Origin: Camelus dromedarius
Taxonomy: Eukaryota
Reading direction: 5' to 3'
Assembly (NCBI RefSeq): GCF_036321535.1
Contig: NC_087438.1
Location: forward strand, 2,668,001-2,732,000
Length of the DNA stretch: 64,000 nt
In this document: positions 25,202 through 38,146 of the stretch, one piece after another
Position numbering within the stretch: position 1 is the first letter of the stretch
How the letters are laid out: each line of letters begins with the position of its first letter
Program-made: the position numbers and the translations under genes
Notes under the pieces: generated by a model
The model's database searches: none
What the model saw: the letters and a program-made list of their open reading frames with translations, nothing else
What the model was told of the DNA's origin: nothing

Positions 25202-26479
25202 CTGAAAGAATAAAATCAATAAAAGCCTTTTGGAAGAACAAGGACCATTTTCTTAGGGGAATGCAGTTCAGCCACTCTGAAGCCAGCAGGCATAACAAAG
25301 CTCCCTTCTCTCCGTTAGTCCTCCTCTGGGCGCTATCATCCTATTTTAAAAGCTTTTGAATCAGAGAAGGGCCGCGGGCCCTTGGGAGTCAGGAGTGTGG
25401 CGGTGGCTCTGGGGCAGAGCTCGCCCTCCCCTGCGCTCATCCCTGAGGCCGGACGCTGTGGCCATCACAGGATAAGTGGGTCTGAAGAGACTCACCCAAA
25501 ACATTCAATTCAATTTTTTTCTTGGCCTCTCAGCAGTCAGGGTGTCCTGAATGACATTCAAACACATGAATGTGACAGAGACGGGGGGCCCTGTTCCCCA
25601 GGATGTCTTTGGACCAGCATCTGGAAAGGACAGTCGAGTCCGTGGTGGAAATGATGCCGGGAAATTCGGAAAGCGGTGGGGGCACTCAGCCCCGGCTGCA
25701 GGCGTTGGGGCGGGAGGCAGCCGCGGTCCAGCGCGTGGGGTGCTGCCCTCCCTGACGTGGTGTCCATGTCCCCCCGAGCTCAAAAGGAAAAGAAAGAAGA
25801 GAAGAGTGCATGGCTTTCTCAGAGAGACAGCTCCTCCTGACGAAAATGTGTTGCAGACCCTGTTGGTCGGGGGGACTGAATTGGGGGCAGGCTGTTTTTG
25901 ATGGCAAAAGCAGGGGGCAGATTTGGGAGTCTGAGCCCATGTTAATGGGCTGTTGTCATCTCAATGGGTTGACTTTTTTGAGGCCGAGAATTGGAAGGAA
26001 CCACCATGGCGTCTGGGACCTCCCTGGCTCAGCCCTGCACCTGGAGACAACCTTTTCCGTGCCCTGACCCAGTCTCCACTGCAAACGCCCATCTCCCACC
26101 TCCTCCGGCAGCCACGCCCCCTCCAAATAAAACAAGAAAGGAAAAGGTGCCTGGGGTGGGGTGGGGGGGGGGGGAAACGCATGTTTAAATCCCCTAAAGG
26201 GATGGGTTTCGGAGAGGAGGTCCTACAAGAGGAGCCAGGCTTGGGCGAGCGCCCTGGGCCCCGCTCCCATTGCTGGGGTTCGCTGACCTTTAGTCTGGGC
26301 CGATCACCGACTTCTGTGGTTCATCCAACACCGAAAATATTATTAGGACTGACTTTTTTCTCCATTTCCTCCAAATCCAAGTGAGTAATTGGAATCGGCC
26401 CTACTGTTCTTAGACCTCGGTGGGGAGGGCAGCCCAGAGCCCATCTGTTGTGGAAATTTTTGAAAGACACGGAGGATAC

Positions 26480-26684
26480 ATTATTCTTAGCCAAAGGATT
26501 TCTCTTGGAATTTGAAATTGTTCTCCGTCTTTCATCCTTTCTCCCCTCGGCCTCCCGGTCCCCATGTTGCGAGCAGATGCCCACGACACGCACAGGGCCT
26601 GTTTCCTCTTGGCTTCAGGTTGGGGCCCATGGCTCGCTTCAATTGCTCGTGGAATTCCTTCGTAATGAGACTCCAACCCACTTT
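26480..26684 (-). pseudogene. Relic exon (about CCDC141 exon 15)
   Basis: Acceptor ctttattttcatatag. LITKEFHEQLKRAMGP vs YIMKESEELTGRGAP; after a frameshift GERMKDGE vs KERIQDYE. Confidence 0.55.
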
Positions 26685-26879
26685 CTATATGAAAATAAAG
26701 TGGCGATCGGTAGGTGGTTCTTTCAGTTGTTTAACTATTGATACGTAGATGGAAGTAGAGAGAGGGATGACATAAACATTGCAGGCACAAACATCTGGAT
26801 GTTTCTGAGCGAGAACTCAGCCACCCCAGACCAGTCGTAGCTGAGAGTTGGCGTTTATGTCCACAGCTCCCCGTGACGG

Positions 26880-27054
26880 CGAGGAGGCAGCCAGTGCGTG
26901 AGGCTGGCATGAGGGAGTCCTCGCTCTCGCCCATCAACTTCACTGCCTTCCTTTCTTTACCTTTTAGGTTTGATTCTAAATTGTAATAAGGCAACTTAGG
27001 TGTTACGAGTTCATTTGATGACACATGGAAGCACGAATTCTGATAATAAATTTC
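26880..27054 (-). pseudogene. Relic exon (about CCDC141 exon 13)
   Basis: Acceptor cccactacag. FHVSSNELV...LESNLKGKERKAVKL vs LDVKNEVY...MENQKAEREELSLL. 3' end approximate. Confidence 0.3.
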
Positions 27055-29215
27055 CTGTAGTGGGACTATTTCATAACGCATAGGGTATCATATACAGTAG
27101 GATAGAAATGATGATTATTTATAATTTAAGTGTTACGATGGACAAGAGTATTTTATAGGTATTAGTGAGCATCATTAGAGATTTTTTACCTTCTATTTCC
27201 AAAAAACTTTGGTGATGTTATTTATGTTGTTATAACCACTGTAGAAGATTCCGTATATAAATATAACCCTCATTCTTTGACCAGATGGTCTTTTGAACTG
27301 AATAAAACGTTTTCCCTGTTAGTGACAAAAGTTTTCAATGCTAAAACTCTATTTTATGCACAATACCTTCCGATTCATATGGCAGGAACGTGAGCTCAGA
27401 CAGTATTGATGATCCTGATTATCTTGACTCTTGACCTAAGGGAAAACTTGGAAGCTATGAATGCACCAACGCCATTTGTGACTCACCTATTGCTCTGGAG
27501 TTAGACAGTGCACACCATCACCGGCAGCAAGCCGTGGCTGGAGAAGTCACCGACATTTTCCCTCCCTTGTCTTTCAGCCCAATAACCACGTATGGAATTC
27601 CTACCAGCCGTCAGGTTCCATGACAAAGTCCCAGCAAGACCAGGGGCTTGCTTCCTCCGCCTGGACACATGCTCCAGGGTCCTCTCTCTCCTCCTCCTCA
27701 CTCCCCCACGCCACCCAGCTCCAGAGAGTCCCTCATGTCGCTCGTGGTCACCTTTTCCCAGGACCATCTCAGTGTCTCTTAGCCTCACTGATGTGGTTTG
27801 GTTTAAAGAGAACTTCTCAGATCAGCAGTTACACCTGACAAGGTTGGCAGAAAGTAGACACAACTACTGTCCGTGATCAAAACCAACTTGTCATGAGTTG
27901 AAAACATGCCGTTAGGTTTCTTCTGTGTGAATGTTCCACAGACAAAATCCTTCACTCAGCTGTGTGCACAGGAGCACTTGTCATGACCGAAAACATTTCA
28001 AAACAGATGAGAAACCACTTTGCAGGAACGGCTTCGTTTCTATGGACAGATGCCATTGCTTCTGCATTCGAGCTGTCATGCATTACATTCCTATTAGTGA
28101 ATAGCATCAGCCTTTCACTCAGCCCGTGCTGTTTTGGATTTGTTTTTGTTTTTTAATTCCAATTCTCACTACATAATTAGAAATGATGGCTTTAAGATCT
28201 CAGTCTCCAACATTTCTCACCCCACACACTGCAGCTGGGGACCCTGACACCTTGGCGGTCACAGTTTGGCGACAGTGACAGTGACACATGCATTCTTAGT
28301 GATTTCCTCACCTTCTTCTGCCCCAAGTCCTGCCCAGAATGTAGAAGTTTCTGCTTCTACATTCTGAGAATGGTAAGTTGGCACTTACTACAGGATCTGA
28401 GCGGTTTTGAATGTTACCCAAAGAAATGACAAGTCTACCCAAAACCTAATCCACTTTTGCTCATGAATGACCTGTCTGGGCTTCCAAGCCACCACCGTGG
28501 ACCAGATTTTTGTCACTTCTTCCTTACCATCTTTAGCTTAGTCAGCTTGTGGGTATGACTCTGTTCACTGATCCATTTCTTCTGGATATAACAGCAGCCA
28601 CTCCAGCAGCAGTGAGGGCCATGGTTTGCATGTGAGGGGCCCAGAGTTCTGCAGCCTCTCGTCCAGAGTTCATGTCCCTCCTGGCAGACAGCATCATCAC
28701 CACCCTCATCTCAGAGGCCAGCGATAAATATTCGGTGTGGCCTCGTCTGATTAGGCACATCCAGTCTTCAGAGAAGATTGAGAATGGAGCTCAAAAAAGA
28801 AAGCATTGTTATTTTCCACCACTTTGTCTAATACATTTTAAGTGGCTGATTCTCCCCAGTCGTGTGACCTTCAGTGGGGATGGCCCATCCATCATGCTCT
28901 GAACTTTTCATCCTGTCCCACACTCATTTCATCTTTGCTAGGCAAGATGTCCAGAGTCCTGTTTACGACTCACAAGGGAGCCTCCGTCTGTGTAGCTCAT
29001 GCGACACCCAGGTGCAGGGGGACGGAGAACAAGCCCAGCGCCTCCGAAGTCAAGGGCACATGGTCATCGAGAAAATGCGTCTACCATTTTGCCCGTCATC
29101 ATCTTGGGCAATGAAAATTATCTCCTTTCAAGAGAAACCAACTAATGTATCTGTGATAGTGAATTTCTAGTAGGAATCTGAGAAATGTCCTTAACATTGT
29201 ATAGGATTTGCATAC

Positions 29216-29385
29216 ATCAGTAGCATAGAGTGAAATTCAACCTGAGAATTTTATTTGGTGTAGTATAAAGCCTGGTTTGTGAACACTGGCTACCAACTCT
29301 TCCGAGTTTCCAAGTAGAGAGGAGACTCCTCCAGGGTCTTGCTGCTGGAATCTTTGAGTAAATTCCTGCAGCTCCATCCTGTCTT
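29216..29385 (-). pseudogene. Relic exon (about CCDC141 exon 12)
   Basis: Acceptor ttcttgctcatag, donor |gtatgc. EDRMELQEF...(G/R)LNF vs EMQFQSLKEF...GLEF. Confidence 0.5.
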
Positions 29386-29485
29386 CTATGAGCAAGAATT
29401 AAACACATCTAGTAACAGACAAAGAAGTAAACAAACACAAATGTTTACCAAATGCCAGATTAAAATAAATGTTCGAATCTCTCAC

Positions 29486-29694
29486 CATTCTTAAGATATG
29501 AATTACTGCCTTGAAAATGCAATTTTCTGATGGTCTGAGTATAAAAGGCAGGTGTTCAAATGCTCAGCTCAAAGCTTGGCATTGGGGGTGGCCATTCCCT
29601 GAGAGAACGTGGTGCTCTGTGGATGACTTGGTCTTGTCTGTTGCACTTTATAAGTGGAGTAAAATTGCTCTAGATCAGATTCCTCTTTCTTCAT
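29486..29694 (-). pseudogene. Relic exon (about CCDC141 exon 11)
   Basis: Acceptor atttttgcaataag, donor ATG|gtgaga. KKEESDLEQ vs KETSHELEA; SFELSI/EHLPFILRP vs LFGQSIDYRSQVLQT. Confidence 0.5.
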
Positions 29695-30519
29695 CTTATT
29701 GCAAAAATATGGATAGAAAATATACCTGGAAGGGTATATACAATCTTGTTTAAGATAGTTGTCACAGGGTGGGAAAAGGATGTGCAATTTCTAACTCTTT
29801 GTTAAATGTTTCTGTATGCAAATGAAAGTACACGTAGCTGGTAAAACTCGAAGGTGCGGTTAACACAGAACTTTGCATCGCATGTCCATTAACCGATTTT
29901 TAGTGCCGATATTTGGGGGGGTTAGGCTGAGCTCTTTCCGCAAAGTTCAGTCACGTGTGACCACATACAATACCTGCGGGCGAGTGAATGTCAATTGCCT
30001 CACGAATAGCCCAGTTTCATGCATTAAGAAAGAAGCAAGGAGCACATTTTCACATGGAATCTAGAGATAACAGAAATGACAAAGCGAAGAAAATCAAGGA
30101 GAATGCATTTGACTAAGTTCTTCTGAGGACAGCATCTTCTCTGAATTTCAAGCAAGTGGTAGCTGTGGAGAGATGCAGCTATAACTGGAAGTGTGGCACA
30201 CTGGAGCACGTGGGGTAGCTGGCCTGGCCTGTCTCAGCCACACAGGGTGAGAGCGGGGCGTCCGGAGAGGGGGCAGCCCGTGCTGGAGCCCTGAGATGGG
30301 TGGAGCTTGGGATGAGAGATCCGAACACCAAAGTAGCTTGACACAGTGAGGACTGGCGGAGAGAAAGGAGGTGAGGCCAGCGAGGTGAGCAGGCCACGCC
30401 ATCAGAGGCTTTCCTTGACACAACGGAAGTTTCTATTTTATCCTAAAAAAGGGTTAAAAAGGAGAATACACAAATTCTCCCGCTGTCAGAGAAGTCCCTG
30501 TAACTTGTGTACACACTCT

Positions 30520-30920
30520 GCTCTCAGGAGGTGGAACGGGGTCCCCACTCCCTAAGAAGGGGCTACGCTCTGTGTCTCATTTCCAAAGAGTACAGCATGA
30601 GAAGGGAGACCTTGACAGAGACTCGACAGACGCGACCGACCTCAGCCCAGCCGTCAAGGTCGACGCCAGCCGGGAGAAGTCACGGTGAGAGCGTGGACGC
30701 CTGATAGACTGCGATGAGAGGGCACTTTACCTCTGTGGCCCAAAGCCCATAACCCCAGACTAATCAGGAGAAAAACATCAGACAAATCCCAGCTGAGAGG
30801 GCTCCGTGAAGCACACGACCGGCACTCCTCCCAGCTGTCAAGGTCACTGACGGCTCGGAAACCCTGAAACCGTCACGGCCAAGGAGGGCCTGAGGGGGCG
30901 TGATGCCCAAATGGAACCCT
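30520..30920 (+). mobile_element. Ancient L1MC/L1MD 3' UTR fragment
   Basis: ggcactttacctctgtgg...cccataaccccagactaatcaggagaaaaacatcagacaaatccca. Confidence 0.65.
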
Positions 30921-32119
30921 ATGCGATGTGAAGAAATGCACTTTTTACAGTTTCTCCTATTTAATTAAAATGGAAGAGGTATTTTAACAAAAGCATATAT
31001 GCCCTTTGGTCACAAAGAGCGCTGGGAAGTATAATCCAGGATTCCGAGGGGGCAGCTGTGGGTGGGAACCGAGAGACCCCACAGCTGCTCCTGGACCAGG
31101 ACGCTCCCATCTGTCCTGATGTAAAGCTTTCTGTGGTTCTGGCCTGGGTGTCTGGGGGCCCCACTCCACCACCATCATGGGGACGAGAGGGCGCAGATGT
31201 TCCTCTCCATTCAGCCATCCTCCCAGTGCTTTGAAGCAAACTTTTCTTCCAGGGGCAAAGTGGGCTCCTGGGATAAAAGTAGAATCCAGGAGAATTGCAA
31301 GAGCCTTAGATGCCCACTTGTGTAAACAGGCCCCTCAGAGAAGGGCTCTCTGAGTCCCCCAGGCCCTCAGCAGGAGTTTGTCAGGATGCTCCCGACACCT
31401 GCAGTAAGACCTCCCTCCATCCTGGCAGATAAGCTTCACGCCTAAACCCTCAATGAGCAGCTGTGGCACCTCATTGTGCCCTTTCCAGTGAGGACACCAG
31501 GAAGGTCATCAAATGGTGTCGTTTGCTGCACGGATTTCAGGATGGCATGTGAGCTCAGACGTGTCAGACTCCAGACCCACAGTTTTAAAAGCTACACTGC
31601 CCTGCCCCCTCTCGCCGAAAAGGAATCCTGTCTCTGGGACTTGGCGGTGCTCTTGGGTTTCTGTCAATTTAAATTTAACTTTGTTCTGGCTTCTAAAGTA
31701 CTCAGACAGACACTTGCCAGATGGGCAATAGAAAAATAAAAGCAGAACTAGCTAGGAAACTGTGATAGGTCCCTTTGTGGAAGGAGGACTGTAATCTTTT
31801 ATTTATTAAGATGTTACGTTAAGTATTTGAAGAGATCAACATTTAATTTAAAAAAAATCTGCTGAGTTTGCAATGAGCTCCTGGATTATGGATAGCTAAA
31901 GAAATAACAGCAGAGCGTCTGCTGTATCTTCTGGATGGAGTAATTCTTTACCTATTTGTTGGAAAACTTGGTTTCGCAGAAATTTAGATGCAGTAAACTG
32001 AGTGTCGTCCATTTTTATCTCCTCCCTTAGAGAAGGAGAGTCTGTCTTCTCAGCTCTTGACTCTGAAGGCATGTCACCATGCCTGCCAGCACGGGCAGCA
32101 GGAGTCCTTGAAGCTTTTA

Positions 32120-32395
32120 GCCTTGAAACCAGGTCACCATGTAAAGAAGGCCTGGCTGTCTTTCCGGAGACTCACGAGCCGTCAGCAGTCACACCAGCCC
32201 TCAACAGGGGAGTGAAGCATCGTGACGTCTAGGCTCAGGTGAGCCACCAGCTGTGAGACCCCGGCTGACATCGGATGACAAATTCTCCAGCAAATCCCAC
32301 CCCAGATTTCTAACCTAGAAACCCCTACGCAGATAAAACGGTTGTTTTTAACTAAATTTTTTTAAGTGTCACAGAACAATGGGTAGCTGATGCAC
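32120..32395 (+). mobile_element. Old MaLR LTR fragment (MLT1H/J-like)
   Basis: cccagatttctaacctagaaac...agataaaacggttgtttttaac...agctgatgca terminus. Confidence 0.55.
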
Positions 32396-34435
32396 AAAGG
32401 AGCCATGATATGACAGAAGGTCTGCATTTGTAAGTTGTGATCATTGATGGAGCTGTACAGTAGGAGAAAGATGTCCAGGTTGGCAGTGACTTTAGCCTTT
32501 AATAGCAGGACAGTCTTGCACATCTTTTATTCTTATGCCTTCTTTCTTCATTAACACGTGGGAATCATACAGATGGAATGATCACCGTGGTTTAAGTTTT
32601 GTTACGTTCCTTCTGCAGTAAGAGCCATGAAAAAGTCTCCAGTCTTGAATCTGGCCATGTCAGAAGGGTCGGGGTGGACCCTTTGAAGTTATCTGAGGAC
32701 AGTTCAAATCACGTGACTTCATAGGGTGGTGGCCTCTTCAAGACAGGTGAGTGGCGTCCCCCAAGGTACCTGAGAATGGTGGGCAGGGTCTCCTGATTTG
32801 AGAACGAGGAGTTTGGAATTTTTCAAACTTTAGAAGAAATACTTCCCAAAGCAACAACAGCAACTGTCAGAGAGAGGAGCGCAGTTACGGACTCTGGGTC
32901 AGGAGACGGCGGGTGTGAGAACCGCTCCCGACTCCACGTGGCTGAGGCCGTTTGCTGCTCCTGGACCCCGGGCGCCTGTGACGTGGGGCCTTGAGTGAAA
33001 GGCCTGTGCTCGGTGCTGCCTGGGCTGCTGGCAGCCCTGCCACGGCCCTTCTCGCCACAAAACCCTTCCTCGGTGGGTAAGGTTCCCAGCAGAGCATCCA
33101 CCAGAAGCACTTCCTGTCTATCCTTGAGCTGTGGTGCCCGCTCCCTGCCAGCCCGCAGGACTGTCCACACCAGCCGATCGCGGGGACACGTCGCCCCCTT
33201 GTTACTGCCAAGCCTGCCTCCTGCAGCTCTTCTTGCTTCCCTGTCCTGAGCGCAGGCTCGGTGCAGCCCTGCCTGGCGTGCAGTCTCCTTCTCCGGGTGG
33301 CAAACTGCTGCCAGCCTCCTCCGTTCCCATTCCTCCAGGGCGTGCATCCTTCCCTCACAAGTGGGGCAAAGGAAAGGTGATAAACCAGAGCCCAAACTGC
33401 GGGATGAAGAGAGGACTCCCTTCCCCTCCAGGTCCCCGTGTGGCCTGAGCAGCCGCAGGGTCAGCAAGACGCCCTGGGGAACGGGCCTCCCGCCGCTGAG
33501 CCGAGACGCAGGGCTGCTGGCACACGCAGCTGCTCACCTGACGCAGAGGCGGCGGGCGCCAGTCAGAGCCTGGTGCCACCCTTGCTGGAGTCTAGATAAG
33601 AAGAAAGGCCTTCCTCTGGACTGTGTAAATTCTCTGGGATCTTGGACAGTTTGGGGTGAAGGATGCGACTGAGTTAATTGATTGATTGCATCTGAAATCT
33701 ATGAACGTATTTGCCCCCGAACTCCAGACTGGTTACAGTGATCACTGCTCGACTCCCCTCACAACTCTGAGAGAAAATCACTTCCAGACCACGAATGTAA
33801 TGAGAAGCTGTTTTTAGAAAATGGAGTTAAACTGGTCTGTGTGCCTTTAGTCAGGCTTTGCACCTGTCCTCCGGGAGCCCCCAGCGACCCCGACATCTGC
33901 ACCATTCTCTCGGCCCTCCCGGACTTCCTGTATGAGCGCACAGTAAAAGCCTGTAGAAGAATGACAGCGAGTGAGAGCAGAGGTCGCTTGCTTCCGGGGT
34001 GGGGCAGCTGCTCCACGCCGACAGCGGCCAGCGCTGGGCCTAGACGAGCTCTTCGCAGCTGTGTCTGAGTTCTTGACGTCCCCTTAAGTGAGGCCGTCCC
34101 TTTCCTCTGTGCTCTACCAGAGGGAGACAGCTGGGGCTATCTGCCTCCCCTTTGAGGATTCGCTTCTCTACAGGATTCTGTTTCCTTAGCTGCCTTGTGG
34201 CACCATCTCCCTTATGACCTAAATAAAGTTAGGACTTTGTAGGTTAAGTGTCTTCTCCTCACTAGGGTGGAAGCGAAGCTCTGTGCGCCTTTCTACATTA
34301 TGAGTGGGAGCCAAAGTCCAGCCCCGATGCTGATTGGCTGCTGTGTCCCTAGCTCTTAGGCAGTGCCTGGTGCAAAGCAAACCATGATCAAGGAAGCGAT
34401 GGAAAAAAAGACATTTTATGTAAACACACTGTCAC

Positions 34436-34570
34436 TCAGCTCTCTTATTTGATTATTTAGAAATTTAATATTAGGAATACTCGGATATTTGGGAGAATAA
34501 ATGCCAGTATGACGTACACGCTTGACCTTTACCTTGTACTTAACGGAAGAGCCCACCTTTAACCTTCGTT
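34436..34570 (-). pseudogene. Relic exon (about CCDC141 exon 10)
   Basis: Strong acceptor ctcctttaccttttgttcag. SPKYPSIPNIKFLNNQIR vs SESEKILNKYLELDIQAK. Confidence 0.5.
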
Positions 34571-34827
34571 CTGAACAAAAGGTAAAGGAGATACAGAGTG
34601 AAGCGGAAAACAGACTCGCTGAGCTGAGAGCATTAGGGAGGAGGTCCCACGAGCTCTCTCTCTGCCAAGGGTTTGTGCGCAATGACTCTCACGTCCTTCC
34701 CAATCAGGAAAGTCTACCAGGTTCAAAGATGTCTAGGCAGTCCCACCAGCGTTCCCACAGAACGGGCGGAGGCGACAGAGTGGCAGGAACGCGCCAGTTG
34801 CGCGGCGGAAGAAGAAAAATTACTCAC

Positions 34828-34923
34828 AAGCTGGATAAAATTATCTAATTTTTCATAAGCAGATGAGGACTTGTACAATTACCATCAAGACCACACAACT
34901 GGCATTCATTAAAATCCATTGTT
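34828..34923 (-). pseudogene. Relic exon (about CCDC141 exon 9)
   Basis: Consensus donor CTT|gtgagt; ends SAYEKLDNFIQL. Position fits the series but similarity is weak. Confidence 0.35.
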
Positions 34924-35055
34924 CTGTTCACACTTTAAAATAATACCTCAAGATTTACTCATTTGTTTTGTACACATTGCAGCAACATAGGTCCGCATGG
35001 ACGCCACTGGTACCAATGCAGGCGTCATGTGCGATGTAGACTTTGCTCTGTGAAC

Positions 35056-35193
35056 CTGGCTCTGTGATTCAGCCTTAATTAGGCCTTCTCTCCTGTGGTT
35101 AACATTTCTCTTTTCTTCCCCTTTTATTTGCTCTCACATACCAACGTCCAGAGAGAACATATTTAAGATGTGATCTCCAAAATATTTAAATTG
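35056..35193 (-). pseudogene. Relic exon (about CCDC141 exon 8)
   Basis: Acceptor aattttcag. ILNMFSLDVGM*EQIK...LIKAESQSQVH vs GLSLAVLAVRHEELHRKIK...TLISQVD. Confidence 0.4.
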
Positions 35194-35747
35194 CTGAAAA
35201 TTCTTAATGTATAATGGGTGATTTTTAAAGTATAAGCTTTAAAGAGACAAGGGCACAAAATATTTATTTACCAATGGATCATATTAAAAAATTCCTTAGT
35301 TAACACAGTGCCTTTGATCTCAGAAGCGCAGCGTCATAAAGAACTTTTATACCTGAGATCTCTCCTCTATCACTTGGAAGGTATTTGCAGTCCATGTTTT
35401 ACACCAGGAGTGCAGCACGCCTAGTAACATGTATAAATGCAGCATGCAGTATAGAGCAGGTGTTTTTTTCCCTTTTGATGAATCCACGATGAGGGCAGAC
35501 TGCACAAGACTTTAGTCCAAGGAGCATTGGTCTTGGGAACAGGACACTCATAGTCAAGGTCAAGTCTGGGCACTGCCCTCTACCTGCTGCAGAACCATTT
35601 CATATTTCACCACAGTTACCTCCCCCAACCACTCCACCAGGGAGGGCCACCGCGAGTGTTGGGAGACGCAATGGGGCTGAGCACCATTTGTGGATTGTTA
35701 TGCAATTTGGGGCAAATGTTATTAAAATAAAAACAAACAGTACATGT

Positions 35748-35938
35748 ATTCAATATCTTGTAATAACATTTAATGAAGAAGAATATGAAAATGAATATAT
35801 GTATATATATATGCATGACTCGGACATGATGCTGTACACCAGAAATTGACACTGACTATACTTCAGTATAAAACAAATTGACACAACATTGTAAACTGAC
35901 TATAACTCAATAAAAAAAAAATCTCAAAAAAAAAAAAG
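35748..35938 (+). mobile_element. Young L1 3'-end fragment with A tail
   Basis: caatatcttgtaataac...tgctgtacaccagaaattgacac...aacattgtaaactgactataactcaataaaaaaaa. Confidence 0.85.
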
Positions 35939-36699
35939 AGAGAAATCTGTAGTGAGTTAAAAAGAGGGTTTTCTCTTGGCATGAGTTTATCAAAAAGACT
36001 ACAAAATAAGTTTCCTTTCAGAGTTTTGAAATGACAGCAACATCCCCTTTTTTATGAACATGTCTGACTGGTTAAAAACAAAATTAAAAAATGATTTTTA
36101 TGTGCCTTCAAGATATTTTTGTAGAAATAATTTCTTACTTTCATTTACTAATAAAAAAAGTTAGAGCACTAAACAGAAAAACAAAAAAGAAATAAACAAA
36201 CAAACAAAGAGTACATGGTGGGGAATGAATGTTCCTTTTTAAAAAGCTCCTTATTACATGGAAGTTCTGAAATAAATGTCTCTTCTTTCCCAGTCCTGTG
36301 TTAGAACTCAAGTTCATCCCAGGAGAGGCTGCCTCATATGCCTGCATCTTCAGACAGAAAGCAATGGTGGTGATTTTCACTTCTTGCCAAGAATGTCTTC
36401 TGTGTTACAGTTGTCCTATTACTGCCTATGCGAATGGTCTGTTTCTCTGTCTCCATTAGTTTTCCCACCTTGGCTGGGTCTGAGCCTCCTCATGGTGACC
36501 AATAGCATCCACTGAAAGGGAAGCTAATCTCCCCGGGGCAATGGCGTCAAACCCGAACTTCACCCTACTCACAACAGAGGGCCAGGGCAACATGTGGAAG
36601 AGAATGAGTAAGGCCACTTTCTTGACTATCTGCTGACTTTTAATCCTGTTTCAAACTGGGATAAAAATGTAAGAAGACAATAAATTAAATGAAAAACTA

Positions 36700-36890
36700 G
36701 TTGTTATGAAGCAAAAGCCCTCTGCGTAAGAGAACTTTATGCTCCAAACAAAGTCCACTTTAAAATTCCATCCTCCGAAAAGACCAATGACAGAATCTGT
36801 CACATGTGCTCTCTCCCACTTGCCCTCTCCGGTCAGTACCTCCGTGTTTTCTGAGTCAGTTTTACTCAACTGATGAATATTCACCGTGGC
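36700..36890 (-). pseudogene. Relic exon (about CCDC141 exon 7)
   Basis: VLTGEGKWERAHVTDS vs ILLSKDYVEKEHLQLS. Boundaries approximate. Confidence 0.35.
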
Positions 36891-37415
36891 CCTCTTTTAT
36901 TTCCACTTTTTGGCCTGTCCTGGGACTGCACCAACATCTGTTATAAACAATCCTCATGAGAAGGCCTTGTATGTGAACATCTGACTGAGCTCAAAGAAAA
37001 GGAAGAAGAAACACAGAGAAGTTCACTCAATTGCAGCCCTGATCCCCACTGGGGGCTGGGGTGCCATGATTTTCTCAGCATTCGTGGGGAGGGAAGAAAA
37101 TGTATCCTTAAAAGGTATATTTCTAGGAAAATCACAGTCCTTATAGACAGTTTTACCAACTACGTTGTGATTAACGGTAGCTGCCCATTTAAGAGCACAA
37201 AGTTGTCATGCGTGATTATCATAAACGGCTTCACAGCATGTTGTGGGTGTTGCACTGTCTGTAGTTAATCACTGGAGCCCCCTCTGCATTTTAGCAAATA
37301 GTTTATTGTCTCCCCTCTGGCCTTATGTCTTCCCTGAATTTCTAAGGTCTCTGGGGGTTTATGCAAACACCCAGGAAAGTCAACTGTTCACAACCAGAAA
37401 GACAACACTGGGTAC

Positions 37416-37527
37416 CGCTAGCACATCTATGATCTTGAATCTTCATGCCTCTGATAGCGCTCATAAAAGGAGGCTCGAAGCAAACTGAGGTGCAGCTATC
37501 CTGAAGGAAGATCAGTCTTTCTCCAAC
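37416..37527 (-). pseudogene. Relic exon (about CCDC141 exon 6)
   Basis: Acceptor ttcaatttaaccag|GTT, donor |gtaccc. V..IFLQDS...YQRHED vs V..IRNLQEQ...IHKQEE. Weak similarity. Confidence 0.35.
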
Positions 37528-37655
37528 CTGGTTAAATTGAATGGACACACAATTGGCCCAGGCTTGGGCCTCGATGGCTCCATTTTTAGTGACATTTCCA
37601 GCTCACTGTCCATCCAAGAACCTGGACTAAACATGGAACCAGACACTGGTTACAC

Positions 37656-37942
37656 CTGGGTCTTGGGCGAGCACTTTCTTCTCCACTGTGGAGAGCCGTG
37701 CCCTGGGGATCTCAAACAACTGTAATACTTTAATCCGCAGAACGCAAAATAGAGGGTTATACCCTCTTTCCCCAGACAGTGGGCTACCGGCCAGTGCTTG
37801 CGTGAGAAACTGTGCTGGGAGAATCCACTAGCCCCTAAGCTTTCCCTCCTGAAGGAGAGACTCCCAAGTGACTTCTTCAGAACATGGTTTCCCAGTTGTA
37901 TCCCCTGATGTTTCAATAATTACTAAGAGTTTAAGCACCATG
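37656..37942 (-). pseudogene. Relic exon (about CCDC141 exon 5)
   Basis: Acceptor ttttccttctctcataag, donor CAG|gtgtaa. LLKHQGIQLGNHVLKK...QW..Q vs LLNKSQQLTDFIEK...QWDQQENQ. Weak similarity. Confidence 0.35.
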
Positions 37943-38146
37943 CTTATGAGAGAAGGAAAAACAATCCCATATGTCTTAAGCACAGGGGGAGGACAGGGCC
38001 ACACAGAGTTAACACAGAGAGCTCGGGTGTGCCTGCAACTGTCTCAGGCGTTGGCGAACAGTTATTGGGTAGGAGTGGCCAGCTGCAAGCTTGGTGTGAT
38101 AAGATATTCCACAAGATGGAAGAAAAAGGTCCCAGTGCTAGCCTTA

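Noticed and set aside
28525..28770. Minus-strand segment with gtaagg donor
   Set aside because: No frame resembles the gene series; it could be old ERVL-like or unique DNA.
32823..33467. 214 aa minus-strand ORF
   Set aside because: GC-rich DNA with overlapping ORFs in several frames, no recognisable domain and no splice context.
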